Shown here piece after piece: positions 57,820 through 64,000 of a stretch of DNA of 64,000 nucleotides; positions within the stretch are counted from its first letter, which is position 1; each line of letters starts with the position of its first letter. The stretch spans positions 24,740 to 88,739 of the forward strand of contig JBBSKR010000001.1 of NCBI GenBank assembly GCA_038256135.1, read 5' to 3'. The translations under genes and the position numbers were made by a program. The DNA comes from Flavobacteriales bacterium. Its GTDB lineage: Bacteria > Bacteroidota > Bacteroidia > Flavobacteriales > Flavobacteriaceae. The notes under the pieces are model-generated. The model worked only from the letters and a program-made list of their open reading frames with translations. It was not told the DNA's origin and ran no database searches.

Positions 57820-60648
57820 TTAAAATTGATAGCTGTATCCTAATGATATTGCCTGTCCTGGGTTTCGCAGGGAGTATATTTGGTCAGTGGCCCTAAAAGA
57901 TTGATATACGCTTTCTACCTTGTCATTAAGCATATTGGTAAAACGCAGTGATATTTTTGAGCTTTTATCACTTCCAAATTCCTTTGAGACATTAAAGGTC
58001 AAATTATGGTACGGTAAAGTATAGACATCAGGTACGCCCCTGATACCTACCACTTCCAATGTCTTGCCTTGTACGTTGTAAAAAAGACCACTCTGCCATC
58101 CATTTGTCTCCCCTTTATAGTTAAAACCTACATTGATTAAGTAAGGCGATTGTCCCTGTAGATTCCTAGTAGGATTTATAGTTTCTCCATCCCTGACCGC
58201 CAATTGTCTGGAATTGAATTCTATCTCACTCATATCTACCTCAGATTTGATTACGGAGACATTGGCGTTAAAGGAGATATCCTTCAATCCTTGGTTCAAA
58301 ATACCAAGCCCTTGCCTAACCTCTAATTCGACACCAATGACGGAGGCAGATTCTACGTTTCTTGGGGTGAAATTATTCGGTGCCTGCTCAAAGGCAACAA
58401 GTTCTATAGGGTTGTCAAAATCCTTGTAAAAACCACTTAGCGCAAAAAATTGGCCTTCTTCGCCATAGCGCTCGAAACGTAGGTCAAAATTACCGATGTA
58501 GGTAGGTTCAATATCCAAATTACCGATGAAGACTCTATTGGTAAGTGGGTCGAATATTTCGGCGATGGAGGCTTCCTTAAACGAGGGTCTAGCAGTTGTT
58601 CGGGAATATGAAGCTCTTAATTTGGTATTTCCTTCCTCATTGAAATCATAGATTAGGTTTGCAGATGGGAAAAAATCGGTGGCATCAATGATTTTTTCCT
58701 CATTCAATACGACGTCGCCAAGGTTATTCTGCCCTGTGTAAAAGAGTTCGAATTTTTCGTAGCGTAGTCCTAATATACTTTTAAGTCTATCGCTGAACTT
58801 AAATTCTTCCGATACATAGGCAGCTGCAAGCGTTGAACTGGATTCAAAACTGTTCGTCGGCTCAAAATTACCGTCTACGTAGGTTCCCTGTCTTGTTTGT
58901 GGTGTCCATATATTCTCAGGAAGCAAAAGATTGTTAGCATCCCCGTTTATTGGGGTAGCGGGATTATTGGTGGTAGTAAGAAAATATTGGTTGATACCAA
59001 AGTCCCTGTTTTTATACGTATACGCTCCGCCGAATAATACTTTGGCGTCCCTACCGAACAACATATGTTTGTTCGTAATATCGAACTTACCGGCCAAATT
59101 TATTTCTTCAAGATCTCGCCAAATACGGGTCGGGGGCCCAAAACTACTTGGGCGTATGATCAAATTACCTAAATCATTGATTTCAAAACTGGTAAAACGT
59201 ACATCCTTATCCTGTATTATGGAAAGCGTAGGGGATAGCTTCCATTCATAGGTCCAGGAGGCATCACTGTTGGTATGGGTACCTCCTAAGAAACCATTTG
59301 TTATGGAACGTTCCGCGTATTCGATATTGTCCCTTACGCCGCTTACTTCGTCAAAAAGCAAGGATTGGACATTAAAAAAGGCATTTCTTGATTCGCCGTT
59401 CTGAATGTGTAAAACATTTAGTTTGTATTTGGATTTTTTAGTCTTTAAGGCCACCCCTCCCAAGGCACTGATCAACACATTGTTAACGGAAATATCACCA
59501 GATTGTAACCGATCGGGTTCCAGTTCATAGATACTGCTGCTAGAGCGGTCCTTGAACCAGAAATTATTTTCGGCATCTTCATAGAAATCGTTCGTACTAC
59601 GGTAGCTCAGGGCGGCTTGGAAACCCAATCGTGTTTCCTCTCCAAGGGTATATTGGTTACCAAGCGACAGACCAAAATTATAGTTCATAAAATTTTGCTC
59701 CCGTTCTACACCCATTTGCGGGGTCAAGCGCTGTGTAAGTTGCGTAAGTACTGTACTGCCAGCCGATGGAGGTGGAATAGGTTGCCCCTCGGCAATAGGT
59801 AACGATCTAAAGCCATCATCAAAGCCCAAGAAATCGGTACCACTGGTCTTCGATGATAGGGCATCATTATTGAAATGCATATTTGAATTATAGCTAACAC
59901 CCAACGATAGGCCATACTCTTGATTGGTAGGGATATCTTTAGTAATGATATCCACGTAACCCCCAGTGAAATCCGCTGAAGATTCAGGAGTAAATGATTT
60001 AACCACTTGTATATTGTCCAAGATAGTGGTAGGGAATATATCCAACTGCAGGGTATTACGGTCTGGATCTAGACCGGGTACATCCATGCCGTTGAGCAGC
60101 GTTTTGGTATACCGGTCTCCCAAACCCCTAACATAAACATACTTTCCACCTTGTACGGATACGCCAGGTACGGCCCTTACAGCACTGGCGATATCATTGG
60201 CTCCTGTTCGTTTTATACTTTGAAGGGATAGGCCGTCCAAAAGTTTGACCGCCGCTTTTTGGACTTGTAGCACCGAGGCTTCTGTATTTTTTGATACGGT
60301 AGTGGTGACGACTACTTCGTCCAGTTGGTTGGCCAATGCGTTTAGGGTGACATCCAAGGGCGTATAGGCATTGGTTTTGACCTCCACCCCCGTAATTTCT
60401 TTGGTTTCATAACCTAAATAGGACAAGAGTACTGTGTAGGTTCCCGGTTCTATTTCAAGGCTATACTTTCCATCAAAATCAGAGGTTGTTCCTTTAGTGG
60501 TACCTTTAATGATGATATTGGCAAAAGGGAGTACATCGTTGATTTCCCCATCATTAAGGGTTCCGGAGATACCACTTTGTCCATAGGAAAATTGTAAACC
60601 TAAAAGAAGCAGTATAAATAATGTTAGTCTATTTTTAATCATTTTCAT
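57820..60648 (-). CDS. TonB-dependent receptor with an N-terminal carboxypeptidase-regulatory-like domain
   Basis: Signal peptide, CarbopepD_reg-like GTLNDGEINDVLPFANIIIKGTTKGTTSDFDGKYSLEIEPGTYTV, plug (VRGLGDRY), long barrel, C-terminal ...SLGYSYQF. Confidence 0.88.
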   Translation of the reverse strand: MKMIKNRLTLFILLLLGLQFSYGQSGISGTLNDGEINDVLPFANIIIKGTTKGTTSDFDGKYSLEIEPGTYTVLLSYLGYETKEITGVEVKTNAYTPLDVTLNALANQLDEVVVTTTVSKNTEASVLQVQKAAVKLLDGLSLQSIKRTGANDIASAVRAVPGVSVQGGKYVYVRGLGDRYTKTLLNGMDVPGLDPDRNTLQLDIFPTTILDNIQVVKSFTPESSADFTGGYVDIITKDIPTNQEYGLSLGVSYNSNMHFNNDALSSKTSGTDFLGFDDGFRSLPIAEGQPIPPPSAGSTVLTQLTQRLTPQMGVEREQNFMNYNFGLSLGNQYTLGEETRLGFQAALSYRSTNDFYEDAENNFWFKDRSSSSIYELEPDRLQSGDISVNNVLISALGGVALKTKKSKYKLNVLHIQNGESRNAFFNVQSLLFDEVSGVRDNIEYAERSITNGFLGGTHTNSDASWTYEWKLSPTLSIIQDKDVRFTSFEINDLGNLIIRPSSFGPPTRIWRDLEEINLAGKFDITNKHMLFGRDAKVLFGGAYTYKNRDFGINQYFLTTTNNPATPINGDANNLLLPENIWTPQTRQGTYVDGNFEPTNSFESSSTLAAAYVSEEFKFSDRLKSILGLRYEKFELFYTGQNNLGDVVLNEEKIIDATDFFPSANLIYDFNEEGNTKLRASYSRTTARPSFKEASIAEIFDPLTNRVFIGNLDIEPTYIGNFDLRFERYGEEGQFFALSGFYKDFDNPIELVAFEQAPNNFTPRNVESASVIGVELEVRQGLGILNQGLKDISFNANVSVIKSEVDMSEIEFNSRQLAVRDGETINPTRNLQGQSPYLINVGFNYKGETNGWQSGLFYNVQGKTLEVVGIRGVPDVYTLPYHNLTFNVSKEFGSDKSSKISLRFTNMLNDKVESVYQSFRATDQIYSLRNPGQAISLGYSYQF

Positions 60649-60722
60649 TGTTCTTTAAATGGAATAAATGCCCGCTGGACGTATAGTTCCAACGGGCATT
60701 TTAGTATTTAGTTCTTTGTTCT

Positions 60723-62129
60723 TTAGAAACCTAAACCTGCTTTTGCGTTGGCATAGGTCCACGCAAAGAAAGAAGTATCGGCACCAACAGTTTCTTCACC
60801 CGCGGTAACCGAAGTTGCCCACGTCGCAGAATCTGCAATGAAGTCCGTTGGAATGGTTATGCTGTTCAACGTATGCATGGCAGTAACATCAGTAACTCCA
60901 GTTGGAAGTACGATTTGCCATTCGGAAAAGTTTAAAGTCCCATTGTTATAAGTGGTAGCTGATTTATCACCGTTCAAACGTACTAGTTGTGCATCTGAGA
61001 AACCGGAGACATATACGTTATTGATACTGGCTTCAAGTCCATCCCTATAGTCGGCGATTCTTCTAGAACCTTCGCCCGTAGCATCGGTGTTACCCAACAA
61101 AGTAATATTGTTCAATGTATAACCACCAGTTGTACTTCCCTCTGGACCGTCAAGTTCCAAGGCACTGTCTGAATTAAGTCCTTGAACAACCATACCATTG
61201 GTAATAGTGCCAGAATAAGCTTGATCTAAATCAATGCCATCATCGTTAACGGACCATATAAAGACATTCGTTACGTTTACGCTACCTCCAAAAATTTCAA
61301 GACCGTCATCTTCGTTAGCTACAATCTCTATCTGATTTACCGTAGTTCCCGTACCTACACCACCAAGGGTAAGGCCGTTAATCTCGTTTCCTTCACCGAT
61401 CAATGCCCCGCCATGTCTGATGGAAATGTATTCCATTGCACCAGAATCATCCGCTGGATCCGTACCTCCATATAAACCGAACGTATCACTGGCAGGAATA
61501 CCTTCAATTTGTGTCTCCGTTACATCACCAGTTAAAGATGCAGGCGCAAAACCTAGCACCAAGACACCGCCCCAAAGACGTGTATCATTTTGATCTAAGT
61601 TGGTGCCAGCGGTTTGACCTACCTGAATATTATCTTGCTCACTAGTAAAGATAATAGGTCTTTCGGCAGTACCCACGGCATTTATTTTAGATCCTCTCTG
61701 AACTACCAAGGCAGAAGCCAAGGAACCTGATCCTGCTTCACCTTTAATAATCGTACCAGGTTCTATCGTCAAAGTAACCCCAACCCCAACGACTACTTTA
61801 CCACCTAAAAAGTAAATGTTATCACGGGTCCAAGTTGTATCCTCGGTGATTTCCCCACTTACGAATAATTCACCGGCACAGGAACCTCCAAAATCGATTT
61901 CAGTTTCATCGCCATTTAAAACTCCATCGCTACAAGTTGCTACAACTGGTGGTACTTCTGCACATGCCTGGCAATTGAGACCTCCACAGTCAATTGCTGT
62001 TTCTCCATTATTTAAGATACCGTCATTACAAGTTGCTGTTTCCACAACGATTGGTGGCGTATCGTCATCCGAACACCCAATAACCAACAGGGAGAAAATA
62101 ATCAATGTTGATGTTAAAATTTTTTTCAT
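60723..62129 (-). CDS. Surface lipoprotein with two Cys-rich N-terminal modules and a beta-helix-like body, in an operon with the TonB-dependent receptor
   Basis: Lipobox (LLVIGC). The duplicated motif is C-[NS]-DG-[IV]-LN-x-[GD]-ET-x-ID-[CF]-GG. Repetitive G-x-I/V strands (LTIEPGTIIKGE, RPIIFTS) follow. Confidence 0.6.
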   Translation of the reverse strand: MKKILTSTLIIFSLLVIGCSDDDTPPIVVETATCNDGILNNGETAIDCGGLNCQACAEVPPVVATCSDGVLNGDETEIDFGGSCAGELFVSGEITEDTTWTRDNIYFLGGKVVVGVGVTLTIEPGTIIKGEAGSGSLASALVVQRGSKINAVGTAERPIIFTSEQDNIQVGQTAGTNLDQNDTRLWGGVLVLGFAPASLTGDVTETQIEGIPASDTFGLYGGTDPADDSGAMEYISIRHGGALIGEGNEINGLTLGGVGTGTTVNQIEIVANEDDGLEIFGGSVNVTNVFIWSVNDDGIDLDQAYSGTITNGMVVQGLNSDSALELDGPEGSTTGGYTLNNITLLGNTDATGEGSRRIADYRDGLEASINNVYVSGFSDAQLVRLNGDKSATTYNNGTLNFSEWQIVLPTGVTDVTAMHTLNSITIPTDFIADSATWATSVTAGEETVGADTSFFAWTYANAKAGLGF

Positions 62130-62429
62130 AATAGTTAGTTTATAATTTTTGTTAATTATTCAAAGCGCTTTCAATAAGCATGGCAAAGAAAGTCAGCAGT
62201 TGTAAAACTCGGGTTACGCCCATGTTAAACCTTTATTTTATTAGTGTTACCTAAACGTTACTACATTAAATCAATGTTAACTCGTGCAGCCGTAATAGTA
62301 TTATCTTTACTTTTGAGGCAATCGATCATTTGAAAACCATGAAATGAGCCGTAATAATTCTAGATACCGACCGAAAATGTTTATTGGCGAATTACATCAG
62401 ACCTTTAAAAATCAAATAAATAGCAAGAG

Positions 62430-63116
62430 ATGAAAAAGAAGAATATTAGGATACTTTTAGTAGATGATGAACCGGATATTCTTGAAATTATAGGCTATAA
62501 TCTTTCTGCGGAAGGCTACGATGTATATACGGCCAAAAATGGTGCGGACGGGGTTGCAAAGGCAAAAAAGAAAAATCCCCACCTCATTATTTTAGATGTA
62601 ATGATGCCCGAAATGGATGGTATTGAAGCCTGTGAAATCTTGAGGCGTACCCCAGGAATGGAAAATACCATTATCACCTTTTTAACCGCTAGGGGAGAAG
62701 ACTATTCGCAAGTAGCAGGTTTTGATGCAGGTGCCGATGATTATATTACCAAACCCATAAAGCCCAAAGTGTTGGTCAGTAAGGTCAATGCCCTTTTAAG
62801 ACGGGTCAAAAACGAGGAAAATACCCAAGATGACATTACCAAAGTAGGGGATATTATTATCAATAGGGAAGAATATAAAATCATTAAAAAGGGGAAAGAG
62901 ATTATTTTACCGAGAAAGGAATTTGAATTGTTGGCCCTTCTTACTTCCAAACCTAGTAAGGTTTTTAAAAGGGAAGTTATACTTGATAGGGTTTGGGGTA
63001 ATGAAGTTGTGGTCGGTGGGCGTACCATAGATGTTCATATTAGAAAACTACGGGAAAAAATTGGGGAAGACCATTTTAAAACGGTGAAAGGCGTAGGATA
63101 TAAGTTTGTACTCTAA
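62430..63116 (+). CDS. OmpR/PhoB-family response regulator (PhoB-like)
   Basis: REC domain (ILLVDDEPDI, IILDVMMPEMDG, FLTARGE..DAGADDYITKP) and a winged-helix domain (RTIDVHIRKLREKI...GVGYKF). Confidence 0.88.
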   Translation: MKKKNIRILLVDDEPDILEIIGYNLSAEGYDVYTAKNGADGVAKAKKKNPHLIILDVMMPEMDGIEACEILRRTPGMENTIITFLTARGEDYSQVAGFDAGADDYITKPIKPKVLVSKVNALLRRVKNEENTQDDITKVGDIIINREEYKIIKKGKEIILPRKEFELLALLTSKPSKVFKREVILDRVWGNEVVVGGRTIDVHIRKLREKIGEDHFKTVKGVGYKFVL

Positions 63117-64000
63117 ATGGCAGCTCCTGTCCGTTCTAGAAAGTCATATCGCTTCGCATTCCGATCTTCTATATATATTGCCCTAAGTGCAACAGTTGTT
63201 CTATATATTTTATTATGGTCTTTCAAGGCAATGAATTGGGGGTTACTAGGTTCTGCTTCAATTCTATTTTTTATCACATCCTTCGTCACCCTTCAGATAC
63301 GAATAGAAAAATTTATTTATAAAAGGATAAAAAAAATCTACGATGACGTGGCCTTGTTGGAATCATCCAAAATACCTTCATACCCTGTAACCACCGACAT
63401 GAAAACCTTAACGGCCGAGATTGAAAAATTTGCCAAGGATAAAAAAGTAGAAATAGATACCTTAAAAATTCGGGAAGAATACCGTAAAGACTTTTTAGGA
63501 AACGTTTCGCATGAATTGAAAACCCCATTATTTACTGTACAGGGTTATTTGGAAACGCTTTTGGATGGCGCCATTGACGATAAGAATGTTAGGAAGAAAT
63601 ACATCATTCGTGCAAATAAGGCAGTCGACCGCTTAATCTATATTGTAAAGGACCTTGATCTAATTACGAAACTAGAGGTTGGTGATCTTAATTTGGAAAA
63701 GAAATCCTTTAACATAGTAGAATTGATTCAAAGTGTTTTCGATCTATTGGAGATGAAAGCTGCCAAAAGGAATATTACCCTCACTTTTGATTTCCTATAT
63801 CCAAAACCTATCTTGGTATTTGCCGATAAGGAAAAGATTCAACAGGTACTTACCAATTTGCTGGTGAACTCTATCAAATATGGCAATGACAATGGTACTA
63901 CAGAAGTAAGTGTAGAGAATTTGGTAAAGAACAAGGTAATCATTCGTGTGACCGATAATGGGGAAGGTATACCTTCGGCACACATACCAAGACTTTTTGA
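63117..64000 (+). CDS. Sensor histidine kinase (PhoR-like), N-terminal ~294 codons; continues past the window end
   Basis: ATG at 63117, 1 nt after the regulator's stop. Two TM helices, the H-box FLGNVSHELKTPLFTVQGYLETL and the N-box LTNLLVNSIKYG. Missing from the ORF track because it has no stop codon in the window. Confidence 0.85.
   Translation, partial: MAAPVRSRKSYRFAFRSSIYIALSATVVLYILLWSFKAMNWGLLGSASILFFITSFVTLQIRIEKFIYKRIKKIYDDVALLESSKIPSYPVTTDMKTLTAEIEKFAKDKKVEIDTLKIREEYRKDFLGNVSHELKTPLFTVQGYLETLLDGAIDDKNVRKKYIIRANKAVDRLIYIVKDLDLITKLEVGDLNLEKKSFNIVELIQSVFDLLEMKAAKRNITLTFDFLYPKPILVFADKEKIQQVLTNLLVNSIKYGNDNGTTEVSVENLVKNKVIIRVTDNGEGIPSAHIPRLF

Noticed and set aside
62130-62429. Cobalamin or another riboswitch in the leader of the lipoprotein/TonB-receptor operon.
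   Set aside because: No B12-box (GCCACTG on the transcribed strand) or other aptamer core sequence was recognisable. The region looks like a protein-regulated promoter.
1-64000. Looked for mobile elements, defence systems, CRISPR, tRNA or rRNA genes, and prophage remnants.
   Set aside because: No transposase, integrase, recombinase, restriction-modification, toxin-antitoxin or Cas-like proteins appear among the ORFs. I saw no cloverleaf-like tRNA sequences or long direct/inverted terminal repeats. A by-eye scan cannot exclude small RNAs.

Overview
This 64-kb chromosomal segment looks like a Flavobacteriia (Bacteroidota) genome. It has TAnnTTTG -7 promoter boxes directly upstream of many genes, T9SS type A and type B C-terminal sorting domains, TonB-dependent receptors, and several DUF families typical of the class. 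About 60 tightly packed protein genes are present, and most are housekeeping or core metabolism: ahcY (partial), greA, aat, tag, truB, uppP, an ftsX-like gene, leuS, ald, pckA, dihydroorotase and tyrS. There are also four two-component modules. By eye I found no rRNA, tRNA, CRISPR array, transposase, integrase, phage gene or recognisable defence gene. One clear riboswitch (TPP/THI-box) precedes a TonB-dependent receptor. Most worth a second look: (1) A 288-nt spacer made almost entirely of two different heptanucleotide tandem arrays. The perfect array ends 2 nt before the start codon of a four-gene, translationally coupled operon (MTH1187/YkoF-like, PnuC, kinase-only NadR-like, DUF4301 with UDP-sugar-pyrophosphorylase-type motifs). 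This operon is a candidate undescribed vitamin-riboside salvage module. (2) A TetR / ABC / HlyD / TolC cluster whose ABC protein has lost essentially every catalytic NBD motif. (3) Two tandem genes that encode only a signal peptide, 11-16 residues and a T9SS sorting domain. (4) Short GC-rich palindromic, REP-like sequences apparently inserted in frame in leuS, plus a tandem REP-like pair right after its stop codon. (5) PhoP/PhoB-box-like 11-bp phased repeats between a PhoBR-like pair and a lipoprotein/TonB-receptor operon. All functional calls rest on motif recognition by eye and on recalled family knowledge. No database search was run.
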